The position numbers and the translations under genes are program-made. A DNA stretch of 64,000 bases, taken from the NCBI GenBank assembly GCA_965223855.1, contig CBDCXM010000008.1, positions 160,001 to 224,000 on the forward strand, read 5' to 3'. The notes under the pieces are model-generated. The model searched no databases and was not told the DNA's origin. It saw only the letters and a list, made by a program, of their open reading frames with translations. Origin of the DNA: Candidatus Multivoradales bacterium. Lineage in GTDB: Bacteria; Acidobacteriota; Thermoanaerobaculia; Multivoradales; JAHEKO01. Shown piece by piece: positions 29,182 through 37,843 of the stretch (position 1 is the first letter of the stretch; each line of letters opens with the position of its first letter).

Positions 29182-29364
29182 GGCCCGCGGTCGGTCCGGC
29201 AAGTGGAGGTCCACGGGCAGCTCAGCGCCAGGGCGACAAGCAGGAGATCGCAAACCGAAGCAGGTGAGGCCCGCAGGCGCTGCGCAGGGAGCCGTCCCCC
29301 ACAACAGTCCGAGACACGGCTCCAGGTGCCCGGGGACCTCCACTTGCCGGGCCGACCGCGGGCC
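29182..29364. repeat. 183-bp element with 38-bp terminal inverted repeats (MITE-like)
   Basis: Arms 29182-29219 and 29327-29364 match at 36/38; inner hairpin GGAGCCGT/ACGGCTCC. Confidence 0.75.
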
Positions 29365-29426
29365 GGGTCGAAGGCACGCTGTAACAGCGTACCTACCCGA
29401 GACGCCCGTCCAGGCAGGAGGCTCCC

Positions 29427-31361
29427 ATGCGCAAATCTCTCCCCACCGCCCTCACCCTGCTCGCCCTGCTCGCCACGAGCGCCGCAGCCCAGAGCGACAA
29501 GATCGCCCCCGAGCTCCTGACCGCGATGACCGCGCAGCCCATCTCCCCCGGCGCGCCGCCGGTCCAGCAACGCATCATGGTCACCCTCAAAAAGCCGGTG
29601 GCGATGGACACGATGAGCTACCGGACCAGCGCCGGGATGGCGCTGATCCAGTCCGAGGTCGACAAGATGCAGGAGAGCGTGCTGTCGAGCCGCCTCGAGG
29701 GGAGCTATCGCACCCTCTACCGCTACAAGAGCCTGTTCGGCTTCTCCGCCATCGCCGACCCGGCGGCGATCGAGCAGATCGCCTCCCTGCCCGAAGTCGA
29801 GCGCGTCGAGGTGCTGCCGCTCTACTTCAAGCAGTCGAACGAGTCTCACCCCCTGACCGCGCTCGACACCGTGCACGCCATGGGCTTCACCGGGGCGGGC
29901 GTCACCATCGCGGTGATCGACGACGGCATCGATCACGATCACGCCGCCTTCGGCGGCCACGCCGCGTTCCCCAACGCCAAGATCGTCGGCGGCAGCGATT
30001 TTGCCGACAACGACGGCGACCCGACCATCGACTGCACCGAGCAGAGCCACGGCACCGCCGTCGCCGGTGTGGCGGCGGGCAACGGCGGCGGGATCACCGG
30101 CACCGCGCCGGACGCCTCGATCGTCATGCTGAAGGTGCAAAGCGCCATGCTGTGCGGCCAGCCGGCGCTCGACGGCGACCTGGTGGCGGCGATCGACTGG
30201 GCGGTCACCCATCGCGACGACTTCGACATCCGGGTGCTCTCCATGAGCCTCGGCTTCGGCGAGTTCGCCACACCCGGAGACTGTGCGGCCTCGAGCTTCG
30301 CCCTGCGCGACGCCGTGCGCGCTGCCGCCGACGCCGGCCTCGTGGTGCTTGCCGCTTCGGGCAACGCCGGCCTGTGCAACGCCATGGCGCGTCCCGCGTG
30401 TCTCGACGACGCGATCAGTGTCGGCGCGACCTACGACGACACCCTCACCCAGCGCGGCTTCTGTGTCAGTCCCAACTCCTGCATCGGCGTCACCGGCACG
30501 AGCTGCGATCAGCGCGGTCAGCGGGCCTGCTTCGACACCGCCCCGGGAGCGGACGCCGTCACCTGCTACTCCAACAGCGCCGACTTCCTCGACATCCTCG
30601 CGCCGTCCGACTGTGCGACCACCGCCGCGGCCGGCGGCGGCACCAACGCCTGCTTCAACGGCACCTCCTCGGCGACGCCGTTCGCCGCCGGTGTCGTCGC
30701 CGCCCTGATCGAAGCCGACCCGACGATCGACAACGAGCGCGCCCGGGCGCTCCTGGCCGATCATGGCGTCGACGTCCTCGACGTCAAGAGCAACCGCACC
30801 ACCCCGCGGCTCGAGGCAGGGGCGTCTCTGGCGGCACTCAACGTCGGCTGCACGCCGGGGCTCGACGAAGACTTCGAGAACGGTCTCGGCGACTGGGTGG
30901 CCGACGGTCTGTGGCATCTCGTCGCCGGGTCTTCGTGCCTGCCGGCGCCGCCCTCACCGACCTCCGCCGCCTACTACGGCCGTGACGGCGACTGCGACTA
31001 CGACACCGGCAACAACGCCGGCACGCTGACGTCGCCCGAGATCACCGGTCTCGACGCCGGCTCCGAACTCACCTTCTCGCACCTGCGCCAGGTCGAGAGC
31101 TTCGGCGGCGGCTCCTTCGATCGCACCCGGGTCGAAGTCGTCACCGCGGGCGGCGCGACCGAGATCTTCGCGCTCGACTCCGGCGATCCGTCGGCGGGAG
31201 CGTGGGTCTCGAGCCCGACCCTGTCGCTCGGAGCTTTCGCCGGCGAGACGATCCGGCTGCGCTTCTCGTTCGACACCATGGACGACGTCGCCAACGACTT
31301 CACCGGCTGGGCGATCGACGACGTGCGAGTCACCGGCAGCGGGATGTGCGCTTCTCCCTAG
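29427..31361 (+). CDS. Secreted subtilisin-like S8 serine peptidase with propeptide and C-terminal beta-sandwich domain
   Basis: Signal peptide; IAVIDDGID, SHGTAVAG, ASGN, NGTSSATP; C-terminal EDFENG...GWAIDDVRV. Confidence 0.92.
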   Translation: MRKSLPTALTLLALLATSAAAQSDKIAPELLTAMTAQPISPGAPPVQQRIMVTLKKPVAMDTMSYRTSAGMALIQSEVDKMQESVLSSRLEGSYRTLYRYKSLFGFSAIADPAAIEQIASLPEVERVEVLPLYFKQSNESHPLTALDTVHAMGFTGAGVTIAVIDDGIDHDHAAFGGHAAFPNAKIVGGSDFADNDGDPTIDCTEQSHGTAVAGVAAGNGGGITGTAPDASIVMLKVQSAMLCGQPALDGDLVAAIDWAVTHRDDFDIRVLSMSLGFGEFATPGDCAASSFALRDAVRAAADAGLVVLAASGNAGLCNAMARPACLDDAISVGATYDDTLTQRGFCVSPNSCIGVTGTSCDQRGQRACFDTAPGADAVTCYSNSADFLDILAPSDCATTAAAGGGTNACFNGTSSATPFAAGVVAALIEADPTIDNERARALLADHGVDVLDVKSNRTTPRLEAGASLAALNVGCTPGLDEDFENGLGDWVADGLWHLVAGSSCLPAPPSPTSAAYYGRDGDCDYDTGNNAGTLTSPEITGLDAGSELTFSHLRQVESFGGGSFDRTRVEVVTAGGATEIFALDSGDPSAGAWVSSPTLSLGAFAGETIRLRFSFDTMDDVANDFTGWAIDDVRVTGSGMCASP

Positions 31362-31386
31362 CTTCCCTCTATGGAGCAGCAGCCCT

Positions 31387-32133
31387 TCAGCCGGCCTCGC
31401 GAAACTTCTCGTGCAAGTCGACCGGCTTGCTGCGCCGGCGCCAGCGCATGTTGAGCATCTCGACGAACACCGAGAAGCCCATCGCGAAGTAGATGTACCC
31501 CTTGGGGATGTGATGCCCCAGCCCGTCGGCCACCAGCGCGGTGCCGATGAGGATGAGGAACGCGAGCGCCAGGATCTTGACCGTCGGGTGACGCTCGACG
31601 AACTCGCCGATCGGCTTCGCGAAGACGAGCATGAAGCCGACCGCAATGACAACCGCGATCACCATGATCGCGAGCTCGTCGACCATGCCGACGGCGGTGA
31701 TCACCGAGTCGAGCGAGAAGACGATGTCGAGGATCATGATCTGGGTGATCACGGCGGCAAACGAGGCGCTCACCTTGCCCGACATCTCGTGCTCGTCCCC
31801 CTCGAGCTTGGAGTGGATCTCGTGCGTGCTCTTGGCCAGGAGGAACAGACCGCCGACGATCAGGATCAGGTCGCGGCCGGAGACGTCGTGGCCCAGAACC
31901 GCAAAGAGCGGCTCGGTAAGCCCGATCACCCAGGCGAGCGAGAACAGCAGCAGGATGCGGGTGCCCATCGCGCCCAGCAGGCCGAGGGTGCGTGCCCGTC
32001 CGCGCTGCTCCTGCGGCAGCTTTCCCGCGAGGATCGAGATGAAAATGATGTTGTCGACGCCGAGCACCAGCTCCAGCGAAGTGAGAGTCGCCAGGGCGAT
32101 CCACGCCTGCGGGTCGGAGATCCAGTCGAACAC
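31387..32133 (-). CDS. TerC family integral membrane protein
   Basis: LELVLGVDNIIFISI, DIVFSLDSVITAVG, IPKGYIYFAMGFS. Confidence 0.95.
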   Translation of the reverse strand: MFDWISDPQAWIALATLTSLELVLGVDNIIFISILAGKLPQEQRGRARTLGLLGAMGTRILLLFSLAWVIGLTEPLFAVLGHDVSGRDLILIVGGLFLLAKSTHEIHSKLEGDEHEMSGKVSASFAAVITQIMILDIVFSLDSVITAVGMVDELAIMVIAVVIAVGFMLVFAKPIGEFVERHPTVKILALAFLILIGTALVADGLGHHIPKGYIYFAMGFSVFVEMLNMRWRRRSKPVDLHEKFREAG

Positions 32134-32182
32134 TTGAAGCGCTCCTCGAGTTCAGGAAGTCAGGGACTGCAACGAAACCGGG

Positions 32183-33658
32183 CTACTTCGCTTCCGGCAT
32201 GAACGGCCGCCACTTCGACTCGTCCGGCGCCTTCCCCAGCAGGCTGACGATCACGAGGGTCAGCACCGAGAGGATGAAGGCCGGGTAGATGATGTAGTCG
32301 TAGGCGGTGTCCTGGTTGATCTGGATGAAGCCCCAGTCGAACTCCGCGCCGGCGTTGATCCACAGGGCGAAGAGGATGGTCGAGAGGATGCCGACCGCGA
32401 CCGAGGCGGCACCGGCGAGCGGCGTCGCCCGCTTCCACAGGAACGCCGCCAGCAGCGCGGGCGTTACCGCCGCTCCGATCATGGTGTAGGCGTAGAGCGC
32501 CATCGCCAGGATCGACTGGAACTGGGTGGTGATGAGGAGCGCCACTCCAGCCAGCACGAGGATCATCACCCGCTGGAAGGTGATCACCTGCTTCTCCGAC
32601 GCTCCCGGGTTGAGGAAGCGCTGATAGATGTCGCGCGCGAGGTTCGTCGACGGCACCATCAGGAAGGTGTTGGCGGTCGAGAAGATGATCGCCGCACCGC
32701 CGATCAGGAGCAGCGCACCGACGATCCACGGCAGCTGACTCGCCCCCATGGTGAGGATGATCGTCTCGCTCGCCGCCTGCGACACGCCGCCGTCGGCGTC
32801 GAGGAAAGCGGGATCGTTCCAGAAGATACCGGCGCCGAAGATCGCCACCGAGTCGAGCACGGTCTCGACGAGGATGACGCCGAGGATCATGAAGATCACC
32901 GCCCGCCGGGCGGTCGCGCCGTCCTTGGCGCTCATGAACTTCTGGTAGATCGAGCTCTCTCCCAGCAGCAGCAGGAAGGTCGGCAGGAAGAGGCCGATCG
33001 CCGACGCCGCGCCGAGCGAGCCGAAGAGCGAGAAGTGAGTCTCCGGCAGGGTCGTCGTCAGCTGCTCCCAGCCGCCGGCCGCCTTGAGCGCGAACGGCGC
33101 CGCGACGATCACTCCGAGCGTGATCAGGATGCCGTTGAAGAGATCGAGTGCGACGATCGACGACATGCCGGCGACGATCGTGTACGTCACCACCAGCAAG
33201 GCGATGATGACCTGCCCGGTGGTCGGATCGAGCCCGGTGAGGATGTTCAGCAGTCTGCCGCCGCCGATGAACTGGTACCCGGCGATCGTCAGGTAGGCGA
33301 TGATGATCGCGATCGTGCCGAGCACGCGGCTCATCGCGTTGTAGCGCGTCTCGAGGATGTCGGGCACCGTGAACTGGGCGATCTTGCGCACCCGCGGTGC
33401 CAGCCAGTAGACGATCAGCAGGCCGATCCACGCACCGGCACTCATCCACAGCGCCGAGAAGCCGTTGCGGAAGGCGCGGCCGGCGCCGCCGAAGAGGCTG
33501 CCGGAGCCGATCCAGGTGCACACCAGGGTGCCGACGAGGAACGTCGCCGTCACCCCGCGACCGGCCACCATGAAGTCTTCCTGCGTCTTGACGTCCTTGC
33601 CCTTGCGGACGCTGACGTAGACCAGAAACGCCAGATAGATCCCGATCGCCCAGATCAT
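32183..33658 (-). CDS. Sodium:solute symporter family protein
   Basis: EDFMVAGR, TWIGSGS, FTVPDILETRY, multiple TMs; ATG 33658 after AGGAGG. Confidence 0.92.
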   Translation of the reverse strand: MIWAIGIYLAFLVYVSVRKGKDVKTQEDFMVAGRGVTATFLVGTLVCTWIGSGSLFGGAGRAFRNGFSALWMSAGAWIGLLIVYWLAPRVRKIAQFTVPDILETRYNAMSRVLGTIAIIIAYLTIAGYQFIGGGRLLNILTGLDPTTGQVIIALLVVTYTIVAGMSSIVALDLFNGILITLGVIVAAPFALKAAGGWEQLTTTLPETHFSLFGSLGAASAIGLFLPTFLLLLGESSIYQKFMSAKDGATARRAVIFMILGVILVETVLDSVAIFGAGIFWNDPAFLDADGGVSQAASETIILTMGASQLPWIVGALLLIGGAAIIFSTANTFLMVPSTNLARDIYQRFLNPGASEKQVITFQRVMILVLAGVALLITTQFQSILAMALYAYTMIGAAVTPALLAAFLWKRATPLAGAASVAVGILSTILFALWINAGAEFDWGFIQINQDTAYDYIIYPAFILSVLTLVIVSLLGKAPDESKWRPFMPEAK

Positions 33659-33818
33659 CGCTCGCTCCTCCTGAGGGTTGAAAACCGCCGGGAGCGTAAC
33701 AGACGGTCCGACCCGTCTCTCCACCGGCGGACTGCGGTCGACCGGCTACAATCCGGCGAACTCTCAGCAAGCCCCAATCAGCCCAGCCCTGCTCTCGAGC
33801 CGGGATCAGGAGAACGCC

Positions 33819-35735
33819 ATGGACTCGACCCCGACGAATCCCGCTCCCTACGTCGCCCCGAGCACGATCACCACCGAGGTGACGGTCCGGGCACTGCTGC
33901 TCGGCACCATCCTGTCGATCGTCATGGGGGCGGCCAACGCCTACCTCGGCCTCTACGCCGGCATGACGGTGTCCGCCTCGATCCCCGCGGCGGTGATCTC
34001 GATGGCGATCCTCCGCGGGGTCTTCCGCAGCGGTTCGATCCTCGAGAACAACATCGTGCAGACGATGGCCTCGACCGGCGAGAGCCTCGCCGCCGGGGTC
34101 ATCTTCACCGTGCCGGCGCTCATCATGGTCGGCGCCTGGCAGAACTTCGAGTTCTGGCCGACGACGCTGATCACCATGCTCGGCGGCTTGCTCGGCATTC
34201 TCTTCATGGTGCCGATGCGCAAGGCGCTGATCGTCGACCGGCCGGACCTGATCTATCCGGAGGGGGTCGCCTGCTCGGAGGTGCTGATCGTCGGCGAAGA
34301 GGCGGGACGCGACGAGAAGGCGGCTTCGGGATCGAAACTAGGCATCCGCGCGATCACCGAGGGGGTGATCGTCGGTGGGCTCTTCAAGTTCGTCTTGAAC
34401 GGACTGCACCTGGTGCACGAGACGGTCGAGACGGCGTTCGCCCGCGGCCGCTCGGTGTTCTACGCCGGCGCCGACATGAGTGTGGCGCTGCTGGCCGTCG
34501 GCTACATCGTCGACCTGCAGATCGCTTCGCTGATCACCCTCGGTGGGGTGATCGGCTGGCTGGTGATCCTGCCGATGCTCGGCGCTCCCGGCGAAGGGGT
34601 GACGGCGCTCGACCACGCCTGGGATCTGTGGTCGAGCCAGGTGCGCTACGTCGGCGTCGGCACGATGCTCGTCGGCGGCCTGTGGTCGATCTTTCAGGTG
34701 CGCAAGGGAATCGTCGCCGGGATCACCGGCCTGCGCGGGGTGAAGACCGCAGACAGCGGCGGCGAGGTGCCTCGCACCGAGCGCAACATCTCGATCACGG
34801 CGCTGCTGACGATCTTCGTCCTCACGACGCTCGCAACATTCGCGTTCTACGACTACCTTGTCGACAACATGGGCATCGCAGCCCTGACGGCGATGCTGAT
34901 GGTGATCACCTCGTTCCTGTTCGTCGCGGTGGCGACCTACATCGCCGGTCTCGTCGGCTCCTCGAACTCACCGGTGTCGGGAATGACGATCTGCGCGCTG
35001 CTGATCTCGGCCGGCGTGCTTCTCGCCCTCGGCATCCGCGGCGATTCGGCGATCCTCGCCACCCTCGGCATCGCCGGCGTCGTCTGCTGCGCCACCTGTA
35101 CCTCGGGGGACGTCGCGCAGGACCTCAAGACCGGCCTGCTGGTCGGGGCGACGCCCAAGAAGCAGCAGTGGACCGAGATCCTCGCCTGCGTCGTGACCGC
35201 CTTCTGCTTCGCCCCGATCCTGGCGCTGCTCCACAACGCCTACGTCATCGGCGAAGGGTTGCGGGCGCCGCAGGCGGCACTCTTCGCCAGTCTCACCGAG
35301 GGCTTCTTCGGTGACGCCGACCTCCCCTGGAACCTCATCGGCATCGGCGCCGCCATCGGCGTGGCCCTGATCGCCGCCAACCACTTCCTCGAGCGCTCCG
35401 GCTCGAGCTTCCGCACCCACGTCATGCCGGTCGCGGTGGGGATCTACCTGCCGCTGTCGCTCGATATCCCGATCTTCATCGGCGGCCTCCTGCGGCACTT
35501 CCTCAAGAAGCGCTCGCAGGCGGCGGAAGGGCGCGACAACGGAGTGCTGTTCGGCTCCGGCCTGATCGCCGGCGAGGCGCTGATGGGGATCGGCCTGGCG
35601 GTCGTCGTCGCCACCGGCGTCGCGCTGCCGCTCGGCTGGCTCCCCGAATCGGTGACCGGCTCGGTACTCCCATCCTTCCTCGTTTTCGGCGCGATCGTCT
35701 GGTACTACTCGCGCTGGGCGAAGCGCAGGGCCTGA
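33819..35735 (+). CDS. OPT family oligopeptide transporter
   Basis: ANAYLGLYAGMTVSASIPAAVIS, ENNIVQT, YPEGVAC, GSSNSPVSG, QDLKTG, APQA. Confidence 0.95.
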   Translation: MDSTPTNPAPYVAPSTITTEVTVRALLLGTILSIVMGAANAYLGLYAGMTVSASIPAAVISMAILRGVFRSGSILENNIVQTMASTGESLAAGVIFTVPALIMVGAWQNFEFWPTTLITMLGGLLGILFMVPMRKALIVDRPDLIYPEGVACSEVLIVGEEAGRDEKAASGSKLGIRAITEGVIVGGLFKFVLNGLHLVHETVETAFARGRSVFYAGADMSVALLAVGYIVDLQIASLITLGGVIGWLVILPMLGAPGEGVTALDHAWDLWSSQVRYVGVGTMLVGGLWSIFQVRKGIVAGITGLRGVKTADSGGEVPRTERNISITALLTIFVLTTLATFAFYDYLVDNMGIAALTAMLMVITSFLFVAVATYIAGLVGSSNSPVSGMTICALLISAGVLLALGIRGDSAILATLGIAGVVCCATCTSGDVAQDLKTGLLVGATPKKQQWTEILACVVTAFCFAPILALLHNAYVIGEGLRAPQAALFASLTEGFFGDADLPWNLIGIGAAIGVALIAANHFLERSGSSFRTHVMPVAVGIYLPLSLDIPIFIGGLLRHFLKKRSQAAEGRDNGVLFGSGLIAGEALMGIGLAVVVATGVALPLGWLPESVTGSVLPSFLVFGAIVWYYSRWAKRRA

Positions 35736-35761
35736 TCCGTGCAGCGCGGTTTCGCGAGGTC

Positions 35762-35790
35762 TTGATTCCCCGGAGGGCCGACGGTATCCT
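35762..35790 (+). promoter_or_regulatory. Sigma70-type promoter of tRNA-Pro
   Basis: TTGATT-N17-TATCCT, 36 bp upstream of the tRNA. Confidence 0.65.
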
Positions 35791-35826
35791 CCCGCGGCCC
35801 GTGGGCGCGAGCCCGCGAGGACCCGT

Positions 35827-35903
35827 CGGGGCGTAGCTCAGCCTGGTAGAGCGCACGGTTCGGGTCCGTGAGGCCGGAGGTTCAAATCCTCTCGCCCCGA
35901 CCA
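35827..35903 (+). tRNA. tRNA-Pro (anticodon CGG)
   Basis: CGGGGCG acceptor stem, TAGCTCAGCCTGGTAGAGC D-arm, CACGG-TTCGGGT-CCGTG anticodon arm, GGTTCAAATCC T-arm, encoded CCA; 77 nt. Confidence 0.97.
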
Positions 35904-36057
35904 TCTGCTTCCCCGTCGCGAATCCGGAACCGACTCGCGACGGATCGAGCCCGATCGAGGAGACCGGACCGCCGCGAGGCGTTGATTCCCCCTGCGGTAG
36001 ACTCCCCGGCACGCTTCGACACCGCCCTTCCGGGGCCATCCAACCGAGGGAAGCCAG

Positions 36058-37839
36058 ATGCCGATCACGACCCTGACCGAGATGTTCCTCGAAGGGCTGA
36101 AGCACGACAAGCCCGACTGCTTTCTCTACAAGGTTGACGGGGAGTACCGTCCGCTGTCGACCCGCGACTTCTACCGCGACGTGCGCAAGGTAGCGGCCGC
36201 CCTGCTCGAGTTCGGCGTCGAGCCGGGCGACCGGGTCGCACTGATGGCCGAGAACGGCACCCACTGGCCGACGGTCGACTACGCGACCCTGGCGGTCGGC
36301 GCCGTCCTCGTGCCGATCTACCCGACGCTGACGCCGGACCAGGCCGCCTACGTCGCCAACGACTGCGGCGCCGAGATCGTCTTCGTCCAGGGTCAGGAGC
36401 GCTACGACGGCATGCTCTCCGAGCGCGGCGACATGCCTCGCGTGCGCCGCTTCGTCGTCATCGACGCGGAGGTCGAGGCCGAAGACAGCGAGTCGTTCGC
36501 GGCGCTGCTGGCTCGCACCGAACCGCTGACCGAGGAGGCGTTCGAGGAGCACTGCGCGGGGCCGAAGCCGGAGGACCTCGCCACCTTCATCTACACCAGC
36601 GGCACCACCGGCAACCCGAAGGGGGTGATGCTGACGCACAAGAACATCACCTCGAACCTGCTGTCCGCCAGGAGGGCGATCGAGATCCGCTCGACGCATA
36701 CCGGGCTTTCGTTCCTGCCCCTTTCGCACTCCTTCGAGCGGATCGTCGACTTCATCTACTTCTTCCAGGGAGCGACGATCGCCTATGCCGAAGGGGTCCA
36801 TACGGTCGGCGAGAACCTCGCCGAGGTGCGGCCGCACTTCTTCGTCTCGGTGCCGCGGGTCTACGAGAAGGTGATCAACAAGGTGCGCGAGAACGTCGCC
36901 ACCGCGCCGGCGCTGCGACGGAAGATCTTCGCCTGGGCCGAGAAGACCGGGCGCGCCGCCTTGCCCTGGCGCCTCAAGCGCGAGCGGCCGCCGGGACTCC
37001 TGGGCATCAAGCTGGGCCTAGCCGACAAGCTGGTGTTCTCTAAGATCCGCGAGCGCCTCGGCGGCCGGTTCGAGACCGCGACGTCGGGCGGCGCGCCGCT
37101 GGCGCGCGACATCGCCGAGTTCTTCTGGGCGGCGGGAATCGAGATCTACGAGGGGTACGGCCTCTCGGAGACGTCGCCCGTACTGACGGTCAACAAGCCG
37201 CTGTGCGTCAAGCTCGGTACCGTCGGGACAGCGATCGAGGGGGTCGAACTGAAGATCGCCGAGGACGGCGAGATCCTCGCGCGCGGCCCCAACATCATGC
37301 TCGGCTACCACAATCTGCCGGAGGAGACCGCCAAGTCGATCGACCCCGACGGTTGGTTCCACACCGGCGACATCGGCGAGATCGACGACGAGGGGTTCCT
37401 CGCGATCACCGATCGCAAGAAGGAGATCATCGTCAACGCCTACGGCAAGAACGTGGCGCCGGCGCCGATCGAGAACCAGCTCAAGACCAGCCGTTTCATC
37501 GAACAGGTGGTGGTGATCGGCGACAACCACAAGTTCCTCTCCGCGCTGCTGGTGCCCGACTTCGAAGCGCTCGGCAACTGGGCAGCCAGAGAGGGCCTGC
37601 CCTCGGATCGCGCAGCGCTGCTGGCCGACGAACGCACCCGGGCGCTCTATGAAGCGGAGATCGAGAAGGTCAACGCCGACCTCGCCAAGTACGAGATGAT
37701 TCGCGCCTTCGAGCTGCTCGACCAGGAGTTCTCGATCGAGACCGGCGAGCTGACCCCGACTCAGAAGGTCAAGCGGCGGATCGTCGCCACCAAGTACGCG
37801 GCGCAGATCGACGGCATCTACGAGCGCGCCGGAGACTGA
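36058..37839 (+). CDS. fadD: Long-chain fatty acid-CoA ligase
   Basis: YTSGTTGNPKGVMLTH, LPLSHSFE, EGYGLSETSP, GWFHTGDIG, ITDRKKE. Confidence 0.9.
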   Translation: MPITTLTEMFLEGLKHDKPDCFLYKVDGEYRPLSTRDFYRDVRKVAAALLEFGVEPGDRVALMAENGTHWPTVDYATLAVGAVLVPIYPTLTPDQAAYVANDCGAEIVFVQGQERYDGMLSERGDMPRVRRFVVIDAEVEAEDSESFAALLARTEPLTEEAFEEHCAGPKPEDLATFIYTSGTTGNPKGVMLTHKNITSNLLSARRAIEIRSTHTGLSFLPLSHSFERIVDFIYFFQGATIAYAEGVHTVGENLAEVRPHFFVSVPRVYEKVINKVRENVATAPALRRKIFAWAEKTGRAALPWRLKRERPPGLLGIKLGLADKLVFSKIRERLGGRFETATSGGAPLARDIAEFFWAAGIEIYEGYGLSETSPVLTVNKPLCVKLGTVGTAIEGVELKIAEDGEILARGPNIMLGYHNLPEETAKSIDPDGWFHTGDIGEIDDEGFLAITDRKKEIIVNAYGKNVAPAPIENQLKTSRFIEQVVVIGDNHKFLSALLVPDFEALGNWAAREGLPSDRAALLADERTRALYEAEIEKVNADLAKYEMIRAFELLDQEFSIETGELTPTQKVKRRIVATKYAAQIDGIYERAGD

Positions 37840-37843
37840 GACG

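Noticed and set aside
27879-30917. Very long antisense or alternate-frame ORFs (also 4584-6656 +, 26720-29182 +, 33035-35314 +, 44946-46946 +)
   Set aside because: Shadows of well-supported genes in GC-rich DNA; Arg/Ala/Pro-rich with no motifs.
35827-35903. tRNA-Pro as an island integration site
   Set aside because: No duplicated tRNA 3' end or integrase seen; flanks are housekeeping genes.
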